From: an uncultured Eubacteriales bacterium
GTDB taxonomy: Bacteria; Bacillota; Clostridia; Oscillospirales; CAG-272
Assembly: GCA_958352145.1 (NCBI GenBank)
Contig: CATWNM010000005.1
Location: 11,434 to 75,433, forward strand
Reading direction: 5' to 3'
DNA: 64,000 nucleotides
How positions within the stretch are numbered: position 1 is the stretch's first letter; each line of letters opens with the position of its first letter. The notes beneath the pieces were generated by a model, which had not been told where the DNA came from, ran no database searches, and saw nothing but the letters and a program-made list of their open reading frames with translations. A program made the translations under genes and the position numbers. Positions 9,957-20,280 of this stretch are shown here, piece by piece.

Positions 9957-10000
9957 AAAAGCTCCGGGACCGAAAGCTAAAGTTCGGTCCCGGAGCTTTT
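9957..10000. terminator. Bidirectional terminator between convergent genes
   Basis: 18-bp stem AAAAGCTCCGGGACCGAA / TTCGGTCCCGGAGCTTTT with an A-run and a T-run on either side. Confidence 0.85.
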
Positions 10001-10018
10001 CTCCTGTATTTTTACATA

Positions 10019-11341
10019 TTATTGCTCTATATCCATGACGGTGCCGATGAAAACCGGCAGATTGGTTTCGCAGTCGATCAGCATATAGAGGAAAGGCCGG
10101 TCGAGATAAACGGTTTTGATTTCGACGGGATCGATCAAAGCGGAAGTTGCTTCCACAGCCACGACGGTCGCTGCGCCTGCTTTCGTACCCTTTTCATCTA
10201 CGGCGATAAAAGCCTTATGCAAAATGCGGCTGATGTACAGGTTGCCCTCGGTTGAAGAACCAATGCCCGAAAAATCTGCTCTGGCACCGTCAAAGGCGTC
10301 GGTTATTCCCATAGTTTTGAGGATTTTGCTCATCTCTGCGCTATATGCGCATTCAAATTTCGGGATTGCCGCGTTTACATGGCATCGCTTTGCGCCGGAA
10401 AGAAGCGCAGTCAGCTTTTCGCCGGTCAGGGACGCGGCATAGTCTTTGATGTGTACCCCTTCTTCGGGCAGAAGGGCGGCAAATGCGTATTTGCGCCCGG
10501 CATAGTATTTGATAAATCCGGCGGCCTCTTCATCGGTCAGGTACAGGTTTTCTTTTGAATACATGAACTGCGCATCCTGCGCCGTGCCTTCTTCTGTTGT
10601 AAACGTACCGTCTCGAACCTGCGTTTCCATATAGATGTCCTGCCATTCCGCGTCAAAGGCAAGTGCATTGACGAGGTACATCACGGCTTCTGGAGGGATC
10701 TCATTTAGGATATTCTGAATCATGCCGTCCGTGTGCTTGCTCACCCATGCGTTGATTTCTTTCAGTGTATCGTTATTGAACGGAGCTTTGTAGATTCCGG
10801 CGCCGTACCAATTGGCGTTAGCCTGCAGAAAATCCTGATTTGGCGTAAAGGTTCCGGTGTCTTTGAACCAGATGGAATTGGCCACGTCAAGTTTATATTT
10901 ATCGCCGACAGGCAGCGCGTGCATATAGGCATAGAGGTATTCGTTCAATTGATCGATCGGAAGCCCCAACGCCGCTTCCATTTGTGAAAGCGTTTCGCCG
11001 TTTGCTCCGTTTGCGGTCATAGCAAGGGCATAAAGAACGGAAAGCGGTGAAATCAGCGTGTTTCCATCGGTTTCCATGCTCTTTTGAAACAACTGCACGG
11101 AAAAATCCATGACGGCCTTTGTTCCGTCAGGATCTGTACGGCCTGTTTTTGTGCTGACCGCATGTGCCGTAACGCCGGACATCAGATTCACCGCGCGCGC
11201 CGCATTGCCGGCGTCGTCTGAATTTTTATCGGAAGCGTTCGTGCTGTCCGGCGCCTTTTGACTGCCGCATCCAAAAAGGAATAAAAGCGCGGAGGTCAGA
11301 AGAATTGTGCATATCGTCGTGGCAATTATCCGTATCTTCAT
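10019..11341 (-). CDS. Serpin family protease inhibitor, predicted lipoprotein
   Basis: Lipobox LFLFGC. Serpin hinge/reactive-centre loop EKGTKAGAATVVAVEATSAL followed by the PF motif (DRPFLYMLID). Confidence 0.85.
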   Translation of the reverse strand: MKIRIIATTICTILLTSALLFLFGCGSQKAPDSTNASDKNSDDAGNAARAVNLMSGVTAHAVSTKTGRTDPDGTKAVMDFSVQLFQKSMETDGNTLISPLSVLYALAMTANGANGETLSQMEAALGLPIDQLNEYLYAYMHALPVGDKYKLDVANSIWFKDTGTFTPNQDFLQANANWYGAGIYKAPFNNDTLKEINAWVSKHTDGMIQNILNEIPPEAVMYLVNALAFDAEWQDIYMETQVRDGTFTTEEGTAQDAQFMYSKENLYLTDEEAAGFIKYYAGRKYAFAALLPEEGVHIKDYAASLTGEKLTALLSGAKRCHVNAAIPKFECAYSAEMSKILKTMGITDAFDGARADFSGIGSSTEGNLYISRILHKAFIAVDEKGTKAGAATVVAVEATSALIDPVEIKTVYLDRPFLYMLIDCETNLPVFIGTVMDIEQ

Positions 11342-11360
11342 TCTGCTATCTCCTTTTGTT

Positions 11361-12362
11361 TTATTTGTCCGCCGTATGCGGCGGCTGATTTTCGGCGGCC
11401 GTCCGCTGCTTTTGCCGTCTTTTTCTTGCGTGCTTATAGCCGATTAAAATGACGGCTAGCAGAATCGCCAAAATGCAGAGGTAAGGCAGTAGGTAAAGCA
11501 GCGCGATCAGCAGTCCTTCCAAAACTTCGCCGAAATTCTCAATGGAACCGGAAACGGCGTCCGCAATGCGCTCTCCAAAGTTTTTCGGCGCGGCCGGCGT
11601 ATATTTTGTCACCTCTTCCAGCGTGACGTAAAACGTGGCATAAGCGACGTCCGTATCGATTGTGCGCTGCGTGTTTTCCAGCGCTTCGATCTGATATTGG
11701 ACGTCGGATAGGCGAGATTCGATCTCCAGCATATCGTATACGGTTTCAGCCGCTTCCAGCATTTCAAAGAGACGCTCCTCCTGAATCCGGTAGGATTTCA
11801 AGCGGTTTTCATTGTCATAGTACCGGGCCGTAAGATTCTCTACGTTGCTTTGAAGCCGGGCGACGTTATAATCGGCGGACAGTCCGTTCAGAAAGTCGGT
11901 ATACTTTTCCATGGGGATTTTGACGGTCAGATTCAAAGTGCGCGAACCTTTCGGATTGACGCCGCCGAGATTATAGGCGCTTTCTGAAATAATAATGCCG
12001 CCGGCGCCTGAAACGGTTTGATGCAGGGATTCCATCGCATTTTCAAAGGTCTCGGTTTCCAAAGCGATATCGACTGTATAAATCAGCTTTTCTTCCGTGA
12101 GAACCGTTTCCGTACCGCCGGTTTGCAGTCCGACGGCGGACGGCATGTCAGCGGTGTCTTTGTAAATGGATTCCTGTTCGTCGAAATTCGCTTCGTAATT
12201 GTACATGGCGGTCGTCTGCAAGGCCATATCGCTATTATAATACGAGCCGGCATAGTATTTCTCCGTGCCGGAATACAGCATATCGGCGTTTGAGGCCGAT
12301 TGGCAGGAGACCATGCCGGTACACAGCAAAAGTGCAGCGCTCAAGCATACAAGTTTTTTCAT
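11361..12362 (-). CDS. DUF4349-like lipoprotein with a coiled-coil region and a C-terminal TM anchor
   Basis: Lipobox TGMVSC, a central heptad-like region, and a C-terminal hydrophobic helix followed by a basic tail. Confidence 0.6.
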   Translation of the reverse strand: MKKLVCLSAALLLCTGMVSCQSASNADMLYSGTEKYYAGSYYNSDMALQTTAMYNYEANFDEQESIYKDTADMPSAVGLQTGGTETVLTEEKLIYTVDIALETETFENAMESLHQTVSGAGGIIISESAYNLGGVNPKGSRTLNLTVKIPMEKYTDFLNGLSADYNVARLQSNVENLTARYYDNENRLKSYRIQEERLFEMLEAAETVYDMLEIESRLSDVQYQIEALENTQRTIDTDVAYATFYVTLEEVTKYTPAAPKNFGERIADAVSGSIENFGEVLEGLLIALLYLLPYLCILAILLAVILIGYKHARKRRQKQRTAAENQPPHTADK

Positions 12363-12372
12363 AAAGCGGTAC

Positions 12373-12786
12373 CTACCTCTTTTTGAATATGAAAAATTTA
12401 GAGAGCACGTAATTCACAATGACCACGAAGACGGCAAGTGAAAATTTAACGATATAGGCGTTAAACCCGAGGTGTGTGACAAACAGGCCGAACCCTCCGT
12501 TCTCTATAATGCCGGACAGGCCGCGCGCGCCGAAAAAAGACAGGCATTCGAGAAACAGTCCGCGGCTTTCGGTTTCTTTGCTCTTAAACACAAATAGTTT
12601 ATTCGTCACGAAAGCGAAAAGTACGGATACCGTCCATGCGGTAAGCTGCGCGGCCAGCGCGTCCGCTTCGCATACGTCGGCAAGCAGCGCGTAGGTCAGA
12701 AAATTGACGGCGGTCGTCAACCCGCCGAAAAAAACGTAGGAAATGATTTCGCGGTATTTTATGCAAAGCTCTCTGATTTTTTCCAT
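12373..12786 (-). CDS. GtrA family membrane protein
   Basis: About 135 aa with four TM helices and FVFVTNKLFVFK-type motifs typical of GtrA. Confidence 0.7.
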   Translation of the reverse strand: MEKIRELCIKYREIISYVFFGGLTTAVNFLTYALLADVCEADALAAQLTAWTVSVLFAFVTNKLFVFKSKETESRGLFLECLSFFGARGLSGIIENGGFGLFVTHLGFNAYIVKFSLAVFVVIVNYVLSKFFIFKKR

Positions 12787-12819
12787 TTGTTTTTTAGTCG
12801 GCTGAAATCCGAAATATCC

Positions 12820-13404
12820 TCACTTTATATTTTTCTTTACGGCATCTTCCACTTCTGAAAGGCTGGCAATTAAATTCAGCGCGTCCAGCAGCGCGTTTGC
12901 GGTCATGCCCGAGGGCAGGCCGAACGCGCGCGCCAAGTCGTCTCGCCGCGCCGCGCTGTTTTGTCCACCGGAGAGGCCGAGCAGATAAAAGTCCCGTTTT
13001 GTAATTTCAATGTGTTCTTTTGCGCTGTGATCCTCAAATTTGTGAAAAAGCGCGCGCAGGCGGTCCGCGTCGATGCCCTCCACGCCAAGCGTTCCTTCTT
13101 TGGAGGGAACGCGCTTGCGTTTCTCTTTTCCCGCAATGCGCGGGATGTAGAGGTTGAATACCTTTTCGGGCGGCAGCATGCTTTTAATGTGCGACCGGAT
13201 GACTTGACCGGCGCCGTCGCTGTCGCAGAGCACGATTACGCCGCGTTCCGAGAGCCGCCGTATGATCGCTTTTTTTTCATGGCTGTTGAACAGAGCAAAA
13301 CCGCCTGTCGTGATGATTTTTGCGTCCAGTATGGACTCCAGCTTGATTTTGTCATATTTTCCCTCGACGATCACCGGCAGAGAGAGGCGTATTTTTTCAC
13401 TCAT
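12820..13404 (-). CDS. Toprim domain protein (DUF4093 / RNase M5-like)
   Basis: VIVEGKYDKIKL ... VLCDSDGAGQVIR (Toprim E and DxD motifs). Confidence 0.7.
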   Translation of the reverse strand: MSEKIRLSLPVIVEGKYDKIKLESILDAKIITTGGFALFNSHEKKAIIRRLSERGVIVLCDSDGAGQVIRSHIKSMLPPEKVFNLYIPRIAGKEKRKRVPSKEGTLGVEGIDADRLRALFHKFEDHSAKEHIEITKRDFYLLGLSGGQNSAARRDDLARAFGLPSGMTANALLDALNLIASLSEVEDAVKKNIK

Positions 13405-14441
13405 AGACGTGCCGCCTCGCAGACCAGCGTTTCGAGACGGCCGAAATCACTGTTTTCGCTTTTGATTTGCAGGTCCGCCTCTTGGCATAAAGACAGAACT
13501 GCGCTGATTTTATCAAGCGAATGTTTGGCGGCGGCCGCCGCGTAAATTTTTGCGCGGTATTCGTTCATTTTCAGGCGCTTTGCAATGTCAGGCACGCGCA
13601 TACCGTCGTCCAGGCAGACACGGATGCGATAGAGGTCGATGTATGTGCCGTATATGCCGGCGAAAGCGGCCGCAGGCCGTGCGCGTTTTTCCTCCATGCG
13701 GCAGAGGATCGCGAGCGCGCTGTCCGGATCTCCTGCAAGGATGGCGTTGGACAGACCGAACGGCTCGAGTTGACCGGTTTCGCAGCAGATCGCTTCGATG
13801 TCCGCTTCGGTGAGTTGGCTGCGTCCGTGTGTGTGCAGGTAAGCGCACAGTTTTTCGATTTCTCCCGCAAGCGTCATCATATCGCTGCCCGCAAGACTGA
13901 TCAGGGCGCGCAGTTCCGCCTCGCCGGCTTTTATGCCTTCAGTTCCGAAATGTTTGTCTGCCCATGCGTTTAGCTGGCGGAGTCCGGCGCGCGGAAAGTA
14001 GGCGGTTTTCGCCGCCGCGTCCAGCGCTTTGAAAAGTGATGAGGGGCGGTTGATCTTCCCGGATTTCGCAATGCCGTAATCCAGCGCGCCGCTTGGTATG
14101 TTTATGAGTATAACCGCGTAGTCGTAGTTTTTTGCTTCTTCGAGAAAATCGCAGAGCGCGGACGTTTCGGTCGCTTTTAATTCGTTAAAATTGAACGCGC
14201 AAAGTTCGATCAGCTTTTTTTCTTCAAAGACTGGTGGCGTGACGAGCGCGTCGGCTGCTGCGCCGGCGGTAAAGTTGTCCGGGGAAAATAAAATATGGTT
14301 GAAAGGCGCGTACGGGGAATCGCCGACTACGGCGCGGCGAATTTCACTGGCATAATATCGCTTCAGATAGTCTTCTTCACCGAACAGAAGATAAGCGCCG
14401 TAGGGGTTTTTTGCTTCTTTTTTAATATCGATCGCAGCCAT
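13401..14441 (-). CDS. holA: DNA polymerase III subunit delta
   Basis: About 345 aa with an N-terminal YLLFGEEDYL motif and delta-like three-domain length. Its stop overlaps the next gene's start (ATGA). Confidence 0.85.
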   Translation of the reverse strand: MAAIDIKKEAKNPYGAYLLFGEEDYLKRYYASEIRRAVVGDSPYAPFNHILFSPDNFTAGAAADALVTPPVFEEKKLIELCAFNFNELKATETSALCDFLEEAKNYDYAVILINIPSGALDYGIAKSGKINRPSSLFKALDAAAKTAYFPRAGLRQLNAWADKHFGTEGIKAGEAELRALISLAGSDMMTLAGEIEKLCAYLHTHGRSQLTEADIEAICCETGQLEPFGLSNAILAGDPDSALAILCRMEEKRARPAAAFAGIYGTYIDLYRIRVCLDDGMRVPDIAKRLKMNEYRAKIYAAAAAKHSLDKISAVLSLCQEADLQIKSENSDFGRLETLVCEAARL

Positions 14442-14449
14442 TTTTGACC

Positions 14450-14941
14450 TCAGTTCAAAATTGAAAGTTTCAGGTTGGTTTTTTCAGTCAGCGTGCCGCC
14501 CATCTCCACCAGATATTCTGCGGAGAAGACGCCGCCGCTGAAAGAAATGGCGTTGTTCATATGCACAGTGCTTACGCAAAGCTCGATTGGAAAATAGGGC
14601 GTTTCATACATGCAGAAATGACGCCGGCCCTGCTCGAAAACCAGCGCGGTTGAAACGGTTCCTTCCCGCGTAAGGCTTACGAGCGTGGGATTTTTTTGAT
14701 CGAAGCAGATGCGGGTTGTGGAACCTTCCATGCCGGTAATTTCAGACTCGTTGTATTCGATTTCAATGCGGCCGCTCTCCTCGGAAATTGTGCAGTCGGT
14801 GGTCAGGGTCGTGGTTTCGGACGCTGCAGCAGTGCGCGACGAGTCCGCGCCGCCGTGAAGCGTCAAACGGTCTTCTGTGTCGTATTGCAGGATAGTGGAA
14901 ACGATTTCGGCTTTCGCCGTTCTTTTTTTGATGACTGACAT
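14450..14941 (-). CDS. DUF1934 (YwiB-like) beta-barrel protein
   Basis: Size and strand-rich pattern (IEIEYNESEITGMEGSTT...LVFEQG...) resemble the YwiB family. Confidence 0.55.
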   Translation of the reverse strand: MSVIKKRTAKAEIVSTILQYDTEDRLTLHGGADSSRTAAASETTTLTTDCTISEESGRIEIEYNESEITGMEGSTTRICFDQKNPTLVSLTREGTVSTALVFEQGRRHFCMYETPYFPIELCVSTVHMNNAISFSGGVFSAEYLVEMGGTLTEKTNLKLSILN

Positions 14942-15144
14942 TTTATTTGATCCTTAAACATTTTTCAGGTTAAATATATCATATGCGCGTCTTAAAGTCA
15001 ACCGTTGCGGAATTTCTCATTATTTGCCTCGCGTGCGCGCCGTTTTTTTGCTCACACTACATATGATAACCGTTTCAACCTCTATGGAAATTTCGGCGTG
15101 ATTCCGAGGGCAAACGGTAAAATTTGAAGTATGAGGTGGATTGT

Positions 15145-15540
15145 ATGAAAAAAATCTGCGCAGTTTTGCTTTTATCCGCGGCGCTGTGCGTTGGTGCAGG
15201 CGCGGTGGCGCCCCGGGAGTACTTGGCAAAGGCCATTGCAGTAGGGACGCATGGAGAACCGTTTGTGGTCAAGGTCGCTTATGGTGAAATGCTTTTGCGC
15301 CGTATGGAGAGCGAGCTTTTTCCGGATACGCTTCCGGCGCTTGTATATGCGATGCGGCAGAGCGACGCCGTCCGCCGCGCGCTGCCTGGCGACGCTGATC
15401 TGTGTGCGGCGGATATTGCGGCGCAAAATTTGAAATTTACGGGCGGCGCTTTGTACGTTGCAAAATGGAAAGACGTAGAAAACACGCCGCTTTCCATGCG
15501 GAGCGGCGTGCGGTTTTACGATTGGTTTTTCTATTCCTGA
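15145..15540 (+). CDS. Hypothetical secreted protein
   Basis: Signal peptide MKKICAVLLLSAALCVGAGA. GAGGTGG lies upstream of the ATG at 15145. No recognisable family. Confidence 0.55.
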   Translation: MKKICAVLLLSAALCVGAGAVAPREYLAKAIAVGTHGEPFVVKVAYGEMLLRRMESELFPDTLPALVYAMRQSDAVRRALPGDADLCAADIAAQNLKFTGGALYVAKWKDVENTPLSMRSGVRFYDWFFYS

Positions 15541-17621
15541 GGCAAATTTTCTTCGGCTGGTTCCATATAGATCCGGCGGCGCAGGACATTGGCCTCGGTA
15601 ATGCAGACGCGCATCGGCTGTCCTAAGCGGTATATGGTTTTGCCGCGGCCAAGCGTCCGCGCGGCTTCGTTAAATGAAAATCCCTCTCCGAGTTTTTCAA
15701 GCGGTATCAATCCCTCGCAGGTGTTTTCCAGTTCGCAGAAAAGACCGAACGGCGTTACGGAACTGATAACTGCGTCGAATATGCCGCCGACTTCTTTCTG
15801 CATATAGATGACTTTATAGAGATCCTCTATATCCCGTTCGGCCGTCATGGCGCGCAGTTCGTTATCGCTGGAGGCTTCGGCGCTGGCTTTGGCAAAGCGC
15901 GCGTATTTGGATACCGCGGCGCCCGCACCGTTTTCTAAGGCGTATTTTAAAATCCGGTGCACGGAGAGATCGGGATAGCGGCGGATTGGGGAAGTGAAGT
16001 GGCAGTAGTAAGAAAGACCTAGCCCAAAATGATCGGCGCGTTTTTCACTGTATTTTGCTTTCATCTGCGCGCGCAGCGTCACGCGGGATACGACGCGCGC
16101 GATACCTTTTTCCTCCGCTTCGCGCAGGATCGGCGCAAACGAGGCGGTCGTCAGTTTCTTTTGCCGCAGAGACAGAATGGACAGCCCTGCATTGTGTATG
16201 AAATTTTTATATGCAGTCAGTTTGTCTTCGTCCGGCGCTTCGTGAATGCGGAAGACGCAGGGAAGCTGATGCATGCACATATAGCGCGCGACGGCTTCAT
16301 TTGCCGTCAGCATAAATTGTTCGATCAGACGCTCGGCGTCTCCCCGGCTGCGCCGGATAATATCGACCGGCATGCCCTCCTCGTTCAGAATAAATTTGGC
16401 TTCCGCGCTTTCCAGTTCCAGCACCCCGCGAGCGTCTGCACGGTGCGCCAATATTTTATAGAGCGGGTACATGGATAAAAGCTGTTTGTAGACTGGCTTA
16501 TATTTTTCATAGTAGGGAGAATGCGTGTGGTTTCTGAAAAGGTCGTTTACCTCACTGTAAACGCCGCGTACTTTGGAGCGGATAATCGTGTTCTCAATTC
16601 TGCAGTCTGTGATTGCGCCGGTATGATCCAGCGTGATCAGCGCGCTGAGCGCGTATTTGTCTGTCCCTGCATCGAGCGAGCACGCGCCGTTCGAGAGGCA
16701 TTCGGGCAGCATAGGCACGACCTTGTCCGTAAAATATATGCTCGTGCCGCGGGCAAACGCCTCTTTGTCTACCGGCGTACCGTAACGCACATAATACGAT
16801 ACGTCGGCGATATGCACGCCGAGGATGTAACCGTCGCGTGTGACCTCAAGCGAAATCGCGTCGTCCAAATCTTTTGCGTCCGCGCCGTCGATTGTAAAAA
16901 TTACGCTGTCGCGCAGATCCAGCCGGCCGCTTGTGGAAAGCGGCGTCGCGGCGGCTTTTTCCGCCGCATAAACGGCTTTCTCGGGAAATATGGTGCGTAT
17001 GCCATGTTCCAGCAATACGGCTTCGTAGTTCGCGCCCAGCGATTCTGCCCGGCCAAGTACGCGGAGAATTTCGCCTTTGGGCGCGCGCGTTTGATCCCCG
17101 TAATCGGTTATTTTGCAGAGCACTTTGTCGCCGTCGGCGGCTTCGGGATGCGCCGCGACTTTTATCTCAAAGAAAAAATGCGGATTGTCGGGACGCACGC
17201 GGCAGACGGGAGCGCCGCGCCTTGTATGTCCGCGTTCAAAGTAGGTGCCGCAGCATGTTTCGATCCCGCGCTGCTTGATCTCGCAGACGCTGCCCTCCGC
17301 ATGGTATTTTCGGTCGGGTTTTGGAATCAGATCGCGCTTTTTTACGCGGATTGCAACACGATCGCCAGTTAAGGCACCGCCGCAATTTTTTGCAGGAATG
17401 AAAATATCGTCGGTCAAGTGAAAGCCCTCATCGGCCGTCACAAATCCGAACCCCCGTTCGCTTCCCGAGAAAATGCCTTCAATGATCGTCGTACGTGCGC
17501 TATGCGCCGCTTTCCCACTTTTATTTTGATGCTTTACAGCTTCTCCCGCGGCCGCGCGTTTTTTTTCTGCGCGTTTTTCCGCATGATGGGAGAAGCTTTT
17601 TTTTGAATTCTTTTTTCGCAT
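15531..17621 (-). CDS. rnr: Ribonuclease R
   Basis: Basic N-terminus, cold-shock-like GFGFV, an RNB domain (DGADAKDLDDAIS ... HFGL...YCHFTSPIRRYPDL) and a C-terminal S1 domain. Confidence 0.95.
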   Translation of the reverse strand: MRKKNSKKSFSHHAEKRAEKKRAAAGEAVKHQNKSGKAAHSARTTIIEGIFSGSERGFGFVTADEGFHLTDDIFIPAKNCGGALTGDRVAIRVKKRDLIPKPDRKYHAEGSVCEIKQRGIETCCGTYFERGHTRRGAPVCRVRPDNPHFFFEIKVAAHPEAADGDKVLCKITDYGDQTRAPKGEILRVLGRAESLGANYEAVLLEHGIRTIFPEKAVYAAEKAAATPLSTSGRLDLRDSVIFTIDGADAKDLDDAISLEVTRDGYILGVHIADVSYYVRYGTPVDKEAFARGTSIYFTDKVVPMLPECLSNGACSLDAGTDKYALSALITLDHTGAITDCRIENTIIRSKVRGVYSEVNDLFRNHTHSPYYEKYKPVYKQLLSMYPLYKILAHRADARGVLELESAEAKFILNEEGMPVDIIRRSRGDAERLIEQFMLTANEAVARYMCMHQLPCVFRIHEAPDEDKLTAYKNFIHNAGLSILSLRQKKLTTASFAPILREAEEKGIARVVSRVTLRAQMKAKYSEKRADHFGLGLSYYCHFTSPIRRYPDLSVHRILKYALENGAGAAVSKYARFAKASAEASSDNELRAMTAERDIEDLYKVIYMQKEVGGIFDAVISSVTPFGLFCELENTCEGLIPLEKLGEGFSFNEAARTLGRGKTIYRLGQPMRVCITEANVLRRRIYMEPAEENLPQE

Positions 17622-17670
17622 GCGCTAAGTTAACCTCGTTTTGTTATGGGGGATAAGATCGAAGATGAAG

Positions 17671-17715
17671 ATAATAAAGGAATCCGCTTTTTAGTATAAA
17701 CCAAAAGCGGATTCT
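17671..17715 (-). terminator. Terminator downstream of secG
   Basis: GGAATCCGCTTT / AAAGCGGATTC hairpin with a T-rich tract on the minus strand. Confidence 0.7.
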
Positions 17716-17733
17716 GTAAACTCGTAATTTGAT

Positions 17734-18117
17734 TTATTCAGCCGGCGTGGTTGTATCTTCGGTGGCTGACGTGGTTTCGTGATCGTGATCATCTTCGGAG
17801 TCGGCCGTTGTCACAATGCCTTCATAGCCTTCTGCGCCCGGAAGGCCGAAATCCACATTCGCGTTATAATTGATGTCGGGCTGGATAGCATATACGGCAA
17901 TGACGACAGCGACAAAAACGATCGCGACCACAGTTGTCGCCGTGGAAAGCATTTTATCAATCGCTTTGCCCTTGGTTTTTCCAAAAAAAGTTTCCGCGCC
18001 GCCGGCAATCGTACCGGACAGATTTTTCGCTTTGCCATGTTGCATCAGCACCGCAATCACGAGAAAAACCGCGCAGACTAAAAGAATGATTCCCAATATC
18101 AGTTCAAAAGTACTCAT
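17734..18117 (-). CDS. secG: Preprotein translocase subunit SecG with an extended acidic C-terminal tail
   Basis: MSTFELILGIILLVCAVFLVIAVLMQHGKAKNLSGTIAGG is the SecG signature. GGAGGA lies upstream of the ATG at 18117. The upstream 40-codon extension is rejected. Confidence 0.85.
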   Translation of the reverse strand: MSTFELILGIILLVCAVFLVIAVLMQHGKAKNLSGTIAGGAETFFGKTKGKAIDKMLSTATTVVAIVFVAVVIAVYAIQPDINYNANVDFGLPGAEGYEGIVTTADSEDDHDHETTSATEDTTTPAE

Positions 18118-18377
18118 GTCCGAGCTATCCTCCAAAAATTTCAACGAAATTCTTTTTATTTCAAAGATGCATATACAAGCATGCGCTTGCAACGCAAAAT
18201 ACATTTTAGCATATGAAACGTTAAAAATCAATACCAATTTAAAAATTCTGCCAAAAATATATTTTAATATTCAAAACAAAACAGTGATTTTTTTGTATTG
18301 CCATATTTATATCAATATGGTACTATATTGCAGGAGCATTTATTTTTGTAAACTAATTTGTAAATGGGAGCGATGGG

Positions 18378-19328
18378 ATGAAAGAGCGGTTCAGAAATCC
18401 GATTACCGAAGACGGCGCGGATCCGTTCGTTGTATTTTTTGAAGGAAAATATTATTATGTTTACAGCGCGGCGGGCGGATTGTATGTCAGCAGCGCGGAA
18501 AATATTCATAAGCTGAGCCGGGACGGAAAAAATGTATTTGCGCCGCCGGAGGGTACGCCGTATTCCAAGAATTACTGGGCGCCTGAGATTCATTTGATCG
18601 GCGGCAGGTGGTATTTGTATGTTGCTGCGGACGACGGCTGCAATGCAAATCATCGAATGTATGTTCTCGAATCGGAGAACGGACGTCCGGACGGCGTCTA
18701 CAAAATGCTGGGGAAAATTACAGATCCTTCGGATTGCTGGGCGATCGACGGCACGGTGCTGGTTTTTGGCGGCAGGCTGTATTTTGTCTGGTCGGGCTGG
18801 GAGAAGGCTGGTGATGGAGTACAGAATATTTATATCGCGCCCATGTCTTCTCCGGCGGAAATCTGCGGCGAACGCGTGTTGCTTTCTGCGCCGGATCATG
18901 CGTGGGAGTGCCGGGGCGCGGGGGTATCAAAATCCGGCAAACTGCTGCCTAAGGTGAACGAGGGGCCGCAGATCTTATATAAAGACGATGCCATTCATAT
19001 TATCTATTCCGCCAGCGGAAGCTGGTGCAGGCACTATTGTCTCGGGCGACTGACGTTTCGCGGCGGAGATCCGCTGGATCCGAAATGCTGGCAAAAATAT
19101 GGCGAACCGGTGTTCAGCGAGTACGAAGGCGCTTATGGCCCCGGGCATTGTTCGTTTACGAAAAGCGTGGATGGCCGCGAAGATTTTATTATCTATCATG
19201 CGCGTCGGGACGCTGACGGCGGATGGACGGGTCGAGGCATGCGCGCCCAGCCTTTCACCTGGGATAAAGACGTGCCGGTATTCGGCCGTCCGGTTTCGCC
19301 GGAGGAATGGGTGGAAATCCCTGTCTGA
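18378..19328 (+). CDS. Glycoside hydrolase family 43-like protein
   Basis: N-terminal NPI..DGADPFVV, repeated beta-propeller blade patterns, WAPE and EGP motifs. Confidence 0.75.
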   Translation: MKERFRNPITEDGADPFVVFFEGKYYYVYSAAGGLYVSSAENIHKLSRDGKNVFAPPEGTPYSKNYWAPEIHLIGGRWYLYVAADDGCNANHRMYVLESENGRPDGVYKMLGKITDPSDCWAIDGTVLVFGGRLYFVWSGWEKAGDGVQNIYIAPMSSPAEICGERVLLSAPDHAWECRGAGVSKSGKLLPKVNEGPQILYKDDAIHIIYSASGSWCRHYCLGRLTFRGGDPLDPKCWQKYGEPVFSEYEGAYGPGHCSFTKSVDGREDFIIYHARRDADGGWTGRGMRAQPFTWDKDVPVFGRPVSPEEWVEIPV

Positions 19329-19375
19329 GGCGGGTGCCGTGATTGTTGGTTTATTGAATCAAATGAATAAATTGA

Positions 19376-20272
19376 ATGCAAGAGGGTAAGATTTTGAAAT
19401 ACATATTGGAAAATGAACAATTAAAAGTTATGGTGGATACAAAAGGGGCCGAGCTTCAGAGCCTCTATTCCAAAGCGCTGGAAAAGGAATATCTATGGCA
19501 GCCCGGCGCGGAAATATGGAATGCGCATTCGATCCTTTTGTTCCCGAATCCGGGACGCATTGCGCATGACCGCACGATTATCGGGGGAAAAGAATATCCG
19601 GCAACCATGCATGGATTTGCCAAGGACATGGAGTTTACGGCTGCGGAAGCGTCAAATGCGCGGCTTGTGCTGGAATTGGCTGCAAATCCTGAAACGCGGT
19701 TTTTCTTTCCGTATGCCTTTTTGTTCCGCGTAATTTTTGCACTTAAAGAGGACGTGCTGGAGCAGCGCCTGGAGGTTGTCAACCGGGACGATCAGACGAT
19801 CTATTTCTCCCTCGGCGCACATCCCGGCTTTTATTGTCCGATCGATCTTTCCGAAAGCGGCGACGATTATGTCCTGCGGTTTGACCGTCCTCAGGAGATC
19901 GAGCTTTTGGAAAGCGAGCCGGGAACCCGGCTGCTGACCGGCAGGAAGACGCCGCTGACCAAGGGCAGCGCCGAAATTTTCGTCGGCGAACATTTTTTTG
20001 ATAATGGTCCGATGCTGTATGGCAACGTGCAGGCGGATACGATCACGCTGCTGTCTAAAAAATCAGGACGTTTCGTCGAAATGGGTATTCGGAATTTTCC
20101 GTACATGTGTCTTTGGGGCGTAGGTTCGAAGATGCAGATCCTCTGCATCGAGCCGTGGTGCGGTATGAGTGACCTGACGCATACGGATCATGTATGGGAG
20201 ACAAAGCTTGGAATTGAAAAAGCGGAAGTGGGCGAAACCTTTGTGCGCACGCTGACCTATCGTGTCGGTTGA
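19376..20272 (+). CDS. Aldose 1-epimerase (galactose mutarotase-like) family protein
   Basis: LFPNPGRI...HGF... and GAHPGF motifs of the aldose epimerase superfamily. Confidence 0.75.
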   Translation: MQEGKILKYILENEQLKVMVDTKGAELQSLYSKALEKEYLWQPGAEIWNAHSILLFPNPGRIAHDRTIIGGKEYPATMHGFAKDMEFTAAEASNARLVLELAANPETRFFFPYAFLFRVIFALKEDVLEQRLEVVNRDDQTIYFSLGAHPGFYCPIDLSESGDDYVLRFDRPQEIELLESEPGTRLLTGRKTPLTKGSAEIFVGEHFFDNGPMLYGNVQADTITLLSKKSGRFVEMGIRNFPYMCLWGVGSKMQILCIEPWCGMSDLTHTDHVWETKLGIEKAEVGETFVRTLTYRVG

Positions 20273-20280
20273 AAAAAGTA

